64,000 nt of DNA from Emiliania huxleyi CCMP1516 (taxonomy: Eukaryota), in contig NW_005202176.1 in assembly GCF_000372725.1 (NCBI RefSeq), positions 380,188 to 444,187 on the forward strand, read 5' to 3'. Positions within the stretch are counted from its first letter, which is position 1. Every line of letters begins with the position of its first letter. Below the pieces are notes generated by a model. It was not told the origin of the DNA and did no database searches. It saw nothing but the letters and a program-made list of their open reading frames with translations. Position numbers and translations under genes: made by a program. Shown piece by piece: positions 1-11,113 of this stretch.

Positions 1-217
1 GGTCGAGCCGGCGCCTAGACACTTCCTAGACACTTCCTAGACACTTCCCAAAGGTGGAGCCGGCGAGGGTCGAGCCGGCGCCTAGACACTTCCTAGACAC
101 TTCCTAGACACTTCCCAAAGGTGGAGCCGGCGAGGGTCGAGCCGGCGCCTAGACACTTCCTAGACACTTCCTAGACACTTCCCAAAGGTGGAGCCGGCGA
201 GGGTCGAGCCGGCGCCT
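1..217. repeat. Tandem repeat, ~67-bp unit (GGTGGAGCCGGCGAGGGTCGAGCCGGCG + (CCTAGACACTT)n CCCAAA)
   Basis: About three copies visible directly, each containing an 11-bp CCTAGACACTT subrepeat. Confidence 0.9.
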
Positions 218-264
218 GGGCAGAGGGGCGGGGAGGCGGGATCAGTCGACGTGCGTTGCGGGCG

Positions 265-790
265 CCGGCGTGAGAGTCACCGAGGGAGAGGGAGAGGGCG
301 AGGGAGAGGGCGAGGGAGAGGGAGAGGGAGAGGGAGAGGGAGAGGGAGAGGGAGAGGGAGAGGGAGAGGGAGAGGGAGAGGGAGAGGGAGAGGGCGAGGG
401 AGAGGGAGAGGGAGAGGGAGAGGGAGAGGGAGAGGGAGAGGGAGCCGGCGTGAGAGTCACCGAGCGCGGCGTCCGACGCAGCAGAGTCGACGTTGTGTGT
501 GTGTGTGTGTGAGAGAGGGGGAGAGGGAGAGGGAGAGGGAGCCGGCGTGAGAGTCACCGAGCGCGGCGTCCGACGCAGCAGAGTCGATGTTGTGTGTGTG
601 AGAGAGAGAGGGAGGGGGAGGGGGAGAGGGAGAGAGAGCCGGCGTGAGAGTCACCGAGCGCGGCGTCCGACGCAGCAGAGTCGACGTTGTGTGTGTGTGT
701 GTGAGAGAGAGGGGGAGAGGGAGAGGGAGAGGGAGCCGGCGTGAGAGTCACCGAGCGCGGCGTCCGACGCAGCAGAGTCGATGTTGTGTT
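265..790. repeat. Compound tandem repeat: ~55-bp conserved core separated by (GT)n/(GAGGGA)n microsatellite tracts
   Basis: Core GCCGGCGTGAGAGTCACCGAGCGCGGCGTCCGACGCAGCAGAGTCGA recurs at ~444, 541, 638 and 736. (GAGGGA)n run at ~282-443. Confidence 0.9.
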
Positions 791-1426
791 CAACGTGGAT
801 CTTGTAGTCGTGGTTCTGCCTCCACTTCTCGCGCCCTGCGAGTGGCAGGCGCACGCGAGGGTGGGGCCACAGCAGCCGCCTCTCGCCTGGCCTTCCCTCT
901 CGCCGCCTCTCCCTGCCGCCGGCCTCAGCTCCGCGCCCGTCTCCCTCTCTCACCCTCTGCTCGCCTCGGTGGCGCGGGCAGGCAAAGCCGCGCATGTCGC
1001 AAAAGCAGTTCTCGGGCAGCGAGCTCTGGCTGCGCGGTGGGCTGTCATCGCCCATCGAGAAGGCGCGGCGCGCGCGGCCCCAGGCGTTGTTGCTGCTTCC
1101 GGAGCCTCGCCGCTCGTCAAAGCGCCCGCCGCGGTTCGTCCTGCGAGCGCGCGGCGCTGCGTGGGAGAGTGCGAGGCTGCCGCGGTCGGACGGGGACGAG
1201 ACGGCCAGCAGACGCGGCATCAGTGCTACTTCACTCCGCTCCAGGCTTCGCACCCCCCGTCGTCGAGAACCCGGTCCGCCACCTTGCGCACGCTGACGGC
1301 TAGGTCGGAGAAGGCCTCGCCAACCTTGGCGCCGACGGAGTCGTAGTTCCGGTTCCCTTTGTACACCGGCGCGTAATCGTCGTCGTCGTCGTCCCAGCGG
1401 CCCGGTCCTCCACGCCGTGCCGCCAT
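740..1426 (-). CDS. Possible hypothetical protein; exon structure unresolved
   Basis: Protein-like segments (MAARRGGPGRWDDDDDDYAPVYKGNRNYDSVGAKVGEAFSDLAVSVRK...; ...NHDYKIHVEHNIDSAASD) lie in different frames. No family recognised. Confidence 0.25.
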
Positions 1427-2632
1427 GTGAACTTTTGTCCTTTCCTCGCCGAGGGTTCGGGCTCCTTGCAATGGGGTATTCACGCAACTATTTTTGGAGC
1501 TCTGGCGTCTGGCCACTGGGGCCCCCGCGCCGGTGGCGGTCGACACGCCGCGGCGCTCTCTCTCAACACTCAAGCGGCACAGCAAAAAAGGTTAACGCGA
1601 CCCAAGGCCGGGCGCTATGACGCGTCACGCGACAGGCGGCCCACTACGCTCGCGCGCAACTGCGTGCGGCACCACATGCTCGCGCCAGACGTCGGACAGC
1701 GCGCCCAACTCCGAGCGGGACGGAGATCCGTACGCGATGCGATGGCCGATCCACATCAGCGCCACTGCGCAAGCGCGGGCCGGCGCGGGGAAGAGCGAGT
1801 GGCTCGCCGGCGACCATGGCTCTCGCCGAGGCTCGCCCCAGCAAAGGGGGTACCCCGTTTGAGGGTGGGAGTACCTCGCCAGTCCCAGTTCAGGTAGAGC
1901 TCTACTTAGATCTACAGACGACTGAGAGAGAGAGAGATTTTTAGCAATACTTGACGACTGTGTGTATCGCACGACACGCCTTGCTTGCGATTTGCCGGGG
2001 GCGGGGGCGGCGGAGAAGAGATTTTTTCCTTCGCCGCGGAGCTGCAACGCTGCAACCTGCAAGCAGCGCCGGGCGATTTACTTTATACCGCCTCCCGGTC
2101 CCCCTCGGCACACCTCCGCTGCAATTGTGGCGCAGGCCTCGTCAGTTTTTTGCTCTTTGTGCATTTACTCACCCCACCGCAGTACAATTGATTGAGTCCG
2201 GGTTTTTTATGCGTATGATTGTAAGGGCGTAGGGACCCGCCCCAGGACAGGCTCTGTCGTTCTGATGGAGTGCTCTGGTGCCGAGGAGAGCCGCTGGCAA
2301 GAGGTAGATGTGAAGCCAACGACGGGTCGGTACAGCAGGCCGACCAGAGAGTGCAGAGTGAGCACTGCCCCTCTCCAAGATCGACTCCTGTGAAGAAGCC
2401 CGCATAGGACCATCAAGGGGAGGCCAGGTACACTTGACCCGCGCAAAGAGCTAGATGCAGCCGTCGCCATTCTACGGCCTCAGAGCGTATGCCTTGCCGC
2501 CGGACGGTGGCGGTCGTGTCGGTGGTTGGGCCGTTTTGCACGACGGCTGTGGCGGCGCTCTGGAGGGGAGGGCGGCCACTTTCGGGTGGTGGATGACCGG
2601 CCTTTGAGGTCTTGCAACCCTAGCTGTGACAG

Positions 2633-3514
2633 CTGAGGGAGGGTGTAGAGGATGTAGAGTGTAGAGCGCTGTAGAGCTGTAGAGCTGGAGAGCGCTGTAG
2701 AGCTGTAGAGCTCTACATCCGGCGCGTGACGATGTGAGTCCGATGTAGAGCGATGTAGAGGCGCTCTACAACGTAAAATCTCTACAACAAATTCTACACC
2801 ATAAGCGGCGAACGAGAGGCACGGTCGCTCTCCGACATGAGGCGCGTTGCACTTGCCAGTGCTGCCCTGGCCTTCTGTCTGCCCGCCCAATGGGTGGCAG
2901 GTGCCTCTGCTGCTGTGACATGCCTCACGGCTGCGACTGGCCGGCGCCTCGGCGCGTCAGCTCGGCTCGGCGTAGCGATCGTGGCCAGCGCAACTCGCTT
3001 GGACTCAACGCTCAGCCAGGAGCTCCCGCACGCGCGCTCGCTGGCGCGAGTCATGGCGCATGCAACGCGCAGCAATGCTCTCCTCGCCTCGCGCAAATGC
3101 GACCGTCCTCGCAGCCGACAGTCCACCGCCTGCTAAAGAAGCACTGCGACGAATGCGGCACCGGCGACGCATGGCAGGCTGGTCATGACGCAGTTATAGG
3201 GTGTTGTGTGCCGTCAGAGTGACTCTCTGTGTGTCAGGGATAGTCAGGGCCGTCCATCAGAGCTCCAGTAAGCTCGGAGACACACCCCACTAGCGCGGCT
3301 CGACCTCTTTGAGTCACTGCCTTCCCAGCGGTTTGGCTATAGAGCCTCTACAACAAACTCTACAGCAGAATCGCGCTCTACATCGCTCTACATCGGACTC
3401 ACATCGTCACGCGCCGGATGTACAGCTCTACAAGCTCTACAGCGCTCCAGAGCGCTCTACATCTCTACATCTTTACAGCGCTCTACACTCTACATCCTCT
3501 ACACCCTCCCTCAG
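2633..3514. mobile_element. Non-autonomous TIR DNA transposon (hAT-like) with 8-bp TSD
   Basis: Begins CTGAGGGAGGGTGTAGAG and ends CTCTACACCCTCCCTCAG. Imperfect inverted repeats of ~130 bp rich in GTAGAG/CTCTAC motifs. TGTGACAG is duplicated at 2625-2632 and 3515-3522. Confidence 0.85.
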
Positions 3515-4095
3515 TGTGACAGCTTTGGACAGCTCGCGTAACCCTACCTAGGAACAGCGGGCCGGCTAGGGTTGAGGCCACACAGCCCGGGACATGACGA
3601 GGGTGGTCGGTGGTGGAGGTCCGAAATCACGCCGCTATGCCTCGGCTCCAGCGAGGTCTCTCAGGCCCTAGCTCAGGTATATGCAGTAGCCGGAAGCAGG
3701 GAACACTCACCCCCCAGCACCAGTCTTCTAGGTGGAGGGCTGGAGGCGGGCCCGCTGGTATCGTCGGGAAGGTCGAGGAAGGGTGGGTGGATGAGCGAGA
3801 ACCTGACAAGGCCTGTATATGGGCTTCCAGTATCGGACCTTCAAGACATGCGTCGCCTCGCACTCCGGCCTTTTGTCGCTTGCGTGAGATCGGGTCTCGG
3901 GTGGCGCGATTCCCATTGGCAAAGCCGTGTTCACATCGAATAAGTCATCGTGTGATCACATCGGATTGCGGCGGCAATAGATAGATAGAAAGGCGAAGAA
4001 CTCAGAAGCTGATGTATGTAGAAGCTGAGCGCAAGAACCGAGACCGCACATGGTTAGGACCGAACCCACTGACGCTGGTTTCGGCTTCACGGCGC

Positions 4096-5122
4096 ATGTG
4101 TGTGTCCTCCCGCAAGCGCGCCCGCACCGCCAGCGAAGGCGAGGAGGAGGGCGAGGCTGTGCCAGTCGCGGGTGGCTTCGAGGCGCCCATCTTTGGCGCG
4201 CGCGTCGTCGGCCAGGTCACCACGCTGGCGCTCGAGGGCGAGGACGGCCCGCTGTTTGCCGTTGCAAGCGATCGCGCGGGCGGCTGGTACGTCACGACAG
4301 AGCACTCGCTGCTGCATGTGTCGGCGGCCGGGCGCAGCCGCACCGTCGCGACCTGCGAGGATTGCCGCCGCCGCACCGTCGCGACCTGCGAGGATTGCCG
4401 CCGGCCGGGTATTGCTCTCAGCCCCGACGGTAGCGCGCTGTTTTTGGCGGACAACGGCAACCACAAGATCCTGCGGGTGGAGGTGGCGACTGGCGCTGTG
4501 ACTATGCTCGCGGGCAGCGGCGAACATGGCGACGCGGACGGTGTGGGCGACGCGGCGCAGTTCAACGCCCCATACGGCGTCACCATCAGCCCCGACGGCG
4601 GCGCGCTGTTTGTGTGGCGGACTACAACAACCACAAGATCCGCGGGTGGCGGTGGCGACGGGCGCGGTGACGACTGTCGCGGGCAGCGGCGAAGAAGGCG
4701 ACGAGGATGGTGTGGGCGGCGCGGCGGAGTTCGACGGCCCGTCTGGCATCGCCATCAGCCCCGATGGCAGCGTGCTGTTTGTGGCGGACTTCGGCGGCTA
4801 CACGATCCGGCGGGTGGAGGTGGCGACTGGCGTGGTGACGACTGTCGCGGGCAGCGGCGCCGAAGGCAGCGCTGATGGCGTGGGCGGCGCGGCGCAGTTC
4901 AACAGCCCAATCGGCATCGACGTCAGCCCCGACGGCAGCGCACTGTTCGTGGCAGAGTTCTGGAACCACAAGATCCGGCACGTGGAGGTGGCGAGGGGCG
5001 CGGTGACTACGCTCGCGGGCAGCAGCACTGCTGGCAGCGCTGATGGCGTGGGCGGTGAAGCTCAGCTCGACAACCCAGTCAGCGTCGCCCTCAGCCCCGA
5101 CGGCAGCACTCTTCTGCATTGA
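4096..5122 (+). pseudogene. NHL-repeat protein fragment (paralog of 22494-24206), frameshifted, BTB domain missing
   Basis: GIALSPDGSALFxAD..NHKIRRVEVATGAVTTxAGSG repeats. The frame changes at ~4610-4645, a 30-bp tandem duplication lies at ~4337-4400, and homology stops at ~5115 before the BTB domain. Confidence 0.8.
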
Positions 5123-5522
5123 CATGGCGCCGGAGCGCGGCGCGCATTCGCGTTTTGTCGGCGCGTGTACATTCGGCGGACCTCCGTACATTCGGCGGAC
5201 CAAAGTGAGTTTGATTACTGCTAGTCGTTTCTGGAGATATGCCAAAGGCTCCCAGCGCCCACCGCACCCGTCTCGGCTGGCGTCACAACAGGCGACTCGT
5301 CTGGCATGGCCCCGTTCGCGGCTAAACGCACCGTCTCCCGCGCGAGCGAAGCGGGTTTCCCACTCCTCTCGCCCCCCCCCCCCACACACACACCACCAAC
5401 AACAACAACCACCACAACCACCACCACCACCAACCACCACCACCACCACCTACCTACCTATTGCGGGGCCCTCTGGGGGGTCCCCCTATAAGGGTAGGGG
5501 GTACTAGGGGGCCGCCTCTGCC

Positions 5523-6910
5523 ATGGCGCCCACCATGGACGAGCTCGTGCGGCAGCTCCAGGAGGCCTCCGGCCTCAGCGGCGAAGAGCCCTCCACATGC
5601 GCGCTTGGTGGGAAGCCGCGTGCCTTTGAGCGGTTCCTCATCGCCCACAAGCTTGACGTTCGAGCCGCGGCCGCTGCCCTCCGAGACACGCTCCGCTTCC
5701 GAGCCGAGCACAGCCTGGATGACAGTGGCGCTGGGTCGCACGCGCGCAAGATGGTGCTCGCCAAGGTGGCGCCGCATTGGCCTGGCGGCCTCGTCACGAG
5801 CATCGCCGGCGGCTCTGGGGTGTACTATTTTGGGTACGGCCCGCTCCGGCCTCGGAAGCTGATGCGTGACATCTCCGAGTCGGAGCTCCGCACCTTCTAC
5901 CTCCACTTCGTGGAGGGGATGCTCGCGCACATGAACGCGGCCAACGGCCGAGCTTGCCCGACCGAGCGGTGGGCGGGCCCAGTCGAGGCGCTCTCGTCCG
6001 CATCCGCTCCTCTCACCCGCCTCTTCCTCTCACCCGCCTCTCCTCTCACCCGCCTCTCCCTCTCACCCGCCTCTCCTCTCACCCGCCTCTCCCTCTCACC
6101 CGCCTCTCCTCTCACCCGCCTCTCCCTCTCACCCGCCTCTTCCTCTCACCCGCCTCTTCCTCTCACCCGCCTCTCCCTCTCACCCGCCTCTCCCTCCGCC
6201 CAGGTCCACGACCTGCGCGGCATCTCGCTGTCGACCCACTTCTACCCGCCCGGCCTGGCGATGCTCGCTCGCGTGCTCTCCCTCGGCCAGCGGCACGTGC
6301 CAGACAACCTCCGAAAGGAGCGAGGCCGCGGAAGGGGCAATGAATTAATTCTTCATTATTAATTAATTCTTTAATTAATCAACCTCCGAAAGGAGCGAGG
6401 CCGCGGAAGGGGCAAGGGGCGTCGGAGGGGCAACGCCTCACGCCGCCCGGCCGCTGTGCGCAGGCGTACTTCATCTTTGCGCCGCGCTGGTTCTCCGCCT
6501 CGTGGGGCGTCATCAGGCGGGTCCTGCACGAGGACATCGCCGCGCGCATCGAGATCCGCTCCGACGGGGGCGGAGACAGCCTCGCCGCCTTGCTCGGCGG
6601 GCAAGGGCGCGTGGAGGAGATGTGGCGCGAGGCTGAAGCGCGGGGCTACCCGCCCGCCCCTCCCCCCGGCCCAGCTGCCACCGAGAGCCGTTCCAAGAGG
6701 GAGGAGGACAGCAGTGGCGCCGGCGGCGGCGGCGGCGGCGGTGGCGGCTTCGGCGGCGGGGACAGCACGACGCTCCTTGTCACAGCGAGCATCGCTGCGA
6801 GCTTGCTCGTCGCGTACAAATCAGACCACCTCGACTGGGGCCTCGTGGCCGTGGGCTTGCAGCTCGGCTTGGCGGGTGTGAGCCTGCTGCTCACGAGCAC
6901 TCTCCCGTGA
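5523..6910 (+). CDS. CRAL-TRIO/Sec14-like lipid-binding protein with C-terminal hydrophobic segments; exons ~5523-5987, 6204-6317, 6464-6910
   Basis: RFLIAHKLDVRAAAAALRDTLRFR (CRAL-TRIO N region), VHDLRG, and HVPDNLRK|AYFIFAPRWFSASWGVIRRVL match the Sec14 pattern. Inferred introns are GC-AG and GA-AG. Confidence 0.75.
6005..6195. repeat. Intronic tandem repeat of CTCTCACCCGCCTCT-type units
   Basis: About 11 degenerate copies inside the inferred intron 5988-6203. Confidence 0.9.
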
Positions 6911-7067
6911 CCTGTTCAGTGTTATGCGCTGTGCACCAGGAGTGTGTGTATGGGTTACCTCTAGTGGACGACAGCGGACACGTGTGTTCTCTCTTTTCAG
7001 GGCTTTGTCGCCTCTGGTGTGCTGTGACGTGCGAGAGCGTGAAATGGTCTGACACGAGAAAACGCGT

Positions 7068-7557
7068 TTCTCTGGTAGGACGGGAACGAGATGATAGTAG
7101 GGAGTAGAAGAAAGCAAAGAGGAGCCCTGCGCACGCACGACTCCGCGCAGGAGAAACCCCTCCCCAGACAAAACACAAGGGAGAGGTGGGTGGGTCACAG
7201 AAAACTGCGGCCGCCAGCGACTGAGCGTCTCGCTGGCGGACGGGGAGAGAGGAACACAAAGGGACGTCCAGACGTCCATCCACTGGGATGAGAATACTGG
7301 AGATCTGAGGTCGAATCTGCCGATTCCACAGCCGCCCACAGGAGCGCCGCCTCAACACGGGGTCTCGGCTCTATCGAGCCATGCTAGCTCCAGCCGCAGC
7401 CCCACCCGGCCGCCCGAGGGTGTTCCCGCAGGCAGAGAAGACCAATCCTGGAGGAAGCAACCTTCTCTGGTAGGACGGGAACGAGATGATAGTAGGGAGT
7501 AGAAGAAAGCAAAGAGGAGCCCTGCGCACGCACGACTCCGCAGGAGAAACCCCTCCC
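7068..7557. repeat. ~95-bp direct repeats (7068-7164 and 7463-7557)
   Basis: TTCTCTGGTAGGACGGGAACGAGATGATAGTAGGGAGTAGAAGAAAGC...GGAGAAACCCCTCCC occurs twice. Confidence 0.85.
7216..7457. repeat. Copy 1 of a ~240-bp direct repeat (copy 2 at 11114-11377)
   Basis: Near-identical from AGCGACTGAGCGTCTCGC to CCAATCCTGGAGGAAG. Confidence 0.9.
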
Positions 7558-7760
7558 GCCCGTGCTTTTGCGCAGCGCAGCCTCCTCCTCCCTACGCGCA
7601 AGCTGGGCATGAGGATGATGGCGATTATGTCATGGCGTTGACGATCGCCAATACAGCCGTGATGCAAACGCAGATGAGGACGAACAGATGCCGATGGTGA
7701 TAAGAGGTTCCCACCCTTGAGAGACGCGCTGAGTTGCCTCGCCGCGCCGCTGTTGATGAC

Positions 7761-8031
7761 GGTACCTCGCGCGTCCGCTATGCGGTGCCGCGAGCTTCCG
7801 CTTGTGTATGGAAACCGATGGTGCCTCGCGCGTCCGCTATGCGGTGCCGCGAGCGTCCGTCTGTCTCCAGCGAGGATGGTACCTCACGCGTCCGCTGCGC
7901 GGTGCCGTGAGCCTCCTTCCGTCGCCTGTTGCTGGGCGGTGCCTCGCGCGTCCGCTGTGCGGTGCCGCGAGCGTCCGACACCAGCAACTACGGTACCTCG
8001 CGCGTCCGCTATGCGGTGCCGCGAGCTTCCG
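7761..8031. repeat. Array of five 40-bp hairpin-forming repeats with unique 14-20-nt spacers
   Basis: Consensus GGTRCCTCGCGCGTCCGCTRYGCGGTGCCGCGAGCBTCCG at 7761, 7820, 7878, 7938 and 7992. Confidence 0.9.
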
Positions 8032-8895
8032 ATGTGATTGACACGCTGCCGGGCTGTGTAGCCGCCACCCGACCGCCGCGTGACGATGGTGCCTCCAGAC
8101 ACGAGAGCTCTTTAGATTTGTGCACGCCCCCGTTACCCCGTATCCGGTGAATAGCCGCGGGGGCGTTCAATGCGTGAGCATGTCCAGTTCCCAATTGAGC
8201 TTCCTACGACGCTCCAGCTCCGGCTTGTCCGGCTTGCCCAGCTCCCGCTTGCGCCGTCGGTACTCGCGGTTTCGCCGCCGGCGCTCCTTGCGCTGCGCCT
8301 CGCTCATGCGCATCTGCTTCACACTTCGGCGGAAGACCTCCACGGGGTGCTGATGAGCGGCGCCGTCACGCTGTGGACCCTGGGCGCGATCCACCTCGCC
8401 GGCCTCGTCACCTTCCTGAGCTGATCTGCGGCTCCGTGTATCACATCGCCGAGGACCTCGAGCTCTAGGGCTCTATCTAGCTCGGCTTAGTAGCCGAGGC
8501 CGGGCCCGCCGGCGCCGTCGGACTCAGAATCTGCGTGCATGCATGGCGCCAGGGCGAGGAGCCGGCCCTGGCCACGGCATGCAGCCTTTATTAATAAATT
8601 GAGCATGCATGCAGCGCTCGCTGTATGCCAGGCCGGCCGGCTAAGACAAAGTACTTTACAAATCAATGCATATGTCAAATAGATTAGTTACAATCATATT
8701 AATTATTCGTACACGAGCTGGCAGCTCACCTTATTTGCATGCACGAATGGCGGCCGGGCCTCTTAGTCTAGCTCAGGCCTCAGGGACACGCGCCAGCATG
8801 CAGATCGGGCCGCGCACGTCACTGGCCTCGCAGGAGATGATGGGGTGGACCCGCGTGCGAAGCCCAGTGCCTGGCGGCTGCGCGCATGGAAAGGT

Positions 8896-10050
8896 TCACG
8901 GTAGAAATTTGGGATTGTCCATCAGAATGGCATTGGGATGGTCGCGACCGAGCGAGGTGAGCAAAACGCGGCTGCTCGAGACCCTCATGGGCATGCGACC
9001 GTGTGCGGTCAGGAGGTTGTCGAGCACGAGCACGTCGCCTGCCTCCAGAGTGAGAGCGACCGAGTTCTTGTAGACGAGCGCGCGCACGTGCGCGAGGGCC
9101 TCCTCACTCAACGGCGAGCCGTTGCCGTACGTCACGTGCACCGGCAGCTGTTCCAAGTCGCTGGGGGAGGGGTAGGGTGTCGCGGCGAGGAAGGCAGGAT
9201 GCGACGAGTGGTAAGAGTTGTGGTGAGCGTGAGCCTGAGCAAACATGATGTCCTCTCCCGTCACGGGGTGGGGGCGCATGACCTCGTCGACGGTCTGCCA
9301 CATGCGCAGCGAGTCGCCCTGCAGCCACTCGAACCCGTAGCCGTTCGCCGTCAGCCACTGCTCCGCCTCCTCGCGCGTGTCGCCAAGGAAGTCCTGCCAA
9401 GACGGCCGGTTGCCCCCAAATAGCATGGGCGAGGTCACCTTGCCCCGCGGCCATCCGAGCTTGGCATGCTCCGGGTCTTGCGTCCTGTTCTGAAGCACTC
9501 GAATGTAGGTGAGGCCGAGCTTTTGGATGCCACTCAGAAGTGCGGCGTCGAGCTGCTGCGTCACGTTGCGCATATCGGCCAACAGCGTCTCGCCGCCGTC
9601 CTGCGCGCCTCCCGCACGCGCGCAGAAGAAGTTGATGGTGCTCGGGTGCTGCTCGCGCCGATACGCTAGCTCCTGGTGGGGCTCCACAATCATCGCCGCC
9701 GCGAGGTCGGACGCTTCGGCGGCGAGCGCGCCCACCATGGAGCGCGTCGTCGTGCCGAGGTGGTACGGGAAGAGCCGATGGCCCATCGCCTCCAAGAAGG
9801 CCTCAAAGTCGTTGGCGTCGCTCAGCGGTGCCCCACGGATGAGCACCACGCCCACCTCGTGCAGGCGGGAGCCGATGACGGCGAGGGCTTCCTTCGCGTA
9901 ATCCTCGATGCTCGCGTTGCTGTCCGGGCGCGCGCGCAGCAGCAGAGGGAACGTGCCGTCGGCTCCGGTACCACCAGCGGCATCGAGTCCCTGTTGCCGC
10001 CAGGCACGAATGGCTGGCCCCGAAGCCTGGTGGGCGCGGTGACAGGGGCA
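8896..10050 (-). CDS. TauD/TfdA-family Fe(II)/2-oxoglutarate dioxygenase domain; probably the 3' exon of the gene starting at 11108
   Basis: GVVLIRG, HQE facial-triad motif (VEPHQELAY), FFC...GGETLLAD, and GDVLVLDNLLTAHGR. The frame is open upstream of the called GTG to ~10058 (GTFPLLLRA...). Confidence 0.85.
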   Translation of the reverse strand, partial: CPCHRAHQASGPAIRAWRQQGLDAAGGTGADGTFPLLLRARPDSNASIEDYAKEALAVIGSRLHEVGVVLIRGAPLSDANDFEAFLEAMGHRLFPYHLGTTTRSMVGALAAEASDLAAAMIVEPHQELAYRREQHPSTINFFCARAGGAQDGGETLLADMRNVTQQLDAALLSGIQKLGLTYIRVLQNRTQDPEHAKLGWPRGKVTSPMLFGGNRPSWQDFLGDTREEAEQWLTANGYGFEWLQGDSLRMWQTVDEVMRPHPVTGEDIMFAQAHAHHNSYHSSHPAFLAATPYPSPSDLEQLPVHVTYGNGSPLSEEALAHVRALVYKNSVALTLEAGDVLVLDNLLTAHGRMPMRVSSSRVLLTSLGRDHPNAILMDNPKFLP

Positions 10051-10059
10051 CAGCCCCGC

Positions 10060-11108
10060 TCATCGTGCTCCAGGAGGAGCGACGCATTCTCCCTGCGGTA
10101 GCGAGAGAGCTCGTCGTGGAACTGCTGCAGGGCGGCACCGCCCGCGCGCTCCGCCATGATGCGGTGGGCCTCGTGGAAGCGGTCGCGCAGGAACGAAGTG
10201 TCGAGGTCGCCATTGTTTGCCTGCCGGAACAAGTGCGACAGCTGCAGCGCGCAGTAATCGGTGTACTGTTGCGCGGTCATCGTCCAGCGCTCCTCCCCCG
10301 TCAGGCGGAAGGGTCCGTCCTGCGGCCAGATGCCTGGCACGGGTTTCCCCAGGGCGGTGGTGCGTCCGGAAAAGTGGTGGAGCGGCGCCTTGTGCTTGAG
10401 GTCCTTGTTGGCGAGAAGCATCTCAAACCACGTGGCCTTGTCCATCGCGCACGTCCAGTACACGAGCTGCTCGGCGCGCTCACCGATGAGCTCGCGCAGC
10501 TCATCGCGCCTGGAGATCGGAAACTGCGAAGCCTGATAGCCCACGGTGCCGTAGATGCTGTGAAAGAGGCCTGCGAGGCAGACGTCGTCGTCGATGTTGT
10601 CGCCGAGGTGCTGCCACTCGCGCAGGCAGTGTTCGTTGCCCAGCAGATGGTCAAAGAAGTGGCCGCTGTCGAGCTCGCCCTCGCCGCGCAGCAGTTGCCC
10701 ATTGGTGACGCTGGTGTAGTTGGGCGCTCGCTGGCTGCCGTGCGGGATCATCTTGGTACCGATGGACTCGAGAAAGCCGTACGCGTCCTCCCCGGCATGC
10801 CTCAGCTGGCTGTCGACGAGGCCAAAGTGCAATAGCCTGTCGTCGAAGGACGCTGCGACCCTGCGTCCATCGCCATCGTACTGCCGCCTCTTGGCCAGCT
10901 CGATGTACTCAGGCTGCTGCTCGGGCATGTTGGCGCGGCTCTCATGATAGGTGCCGTAGAAGCGGTTGCTTGCAAGCTGCTGAAGCTCCTCCCACGGGGT
11001 CGTGCTCGCGCCCAGGAGGCCGTCGCCACACTCGTGGCTCGCTTTGGCAAAGGTCACGGACACGAGAGCGCACGCGACCACGAGTTTCTTTGCGGCATCG
11101 CGCATCAT
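10060..11108 (-). CDS. Signal-peptide protein with DUF6817-like (HD-related) domain; probably the 5' part of a fusion with TauD
   Basis: N-terminal KKLVVACALVSVTFAKA hydrophobic leader. HLLG...W...DVCLAGLFHSIYGT...RRDELRELIGERAEQLVY is the pattern I associate with DUF6817. Confidence 0.65.
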
Positions 11109-11113
11109 GACTT

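Noticed and set aside
171..793. ORFs with poly-GE/GR/SL/PS tracts
   Set aside because: Translations of microsatellites.
7761..8031. Bona fide CRISPR array
   Set aside because: Eukaryotic context, no cas genes, short spacers and degenerate repeats. Kept as a structured repeat array instead.
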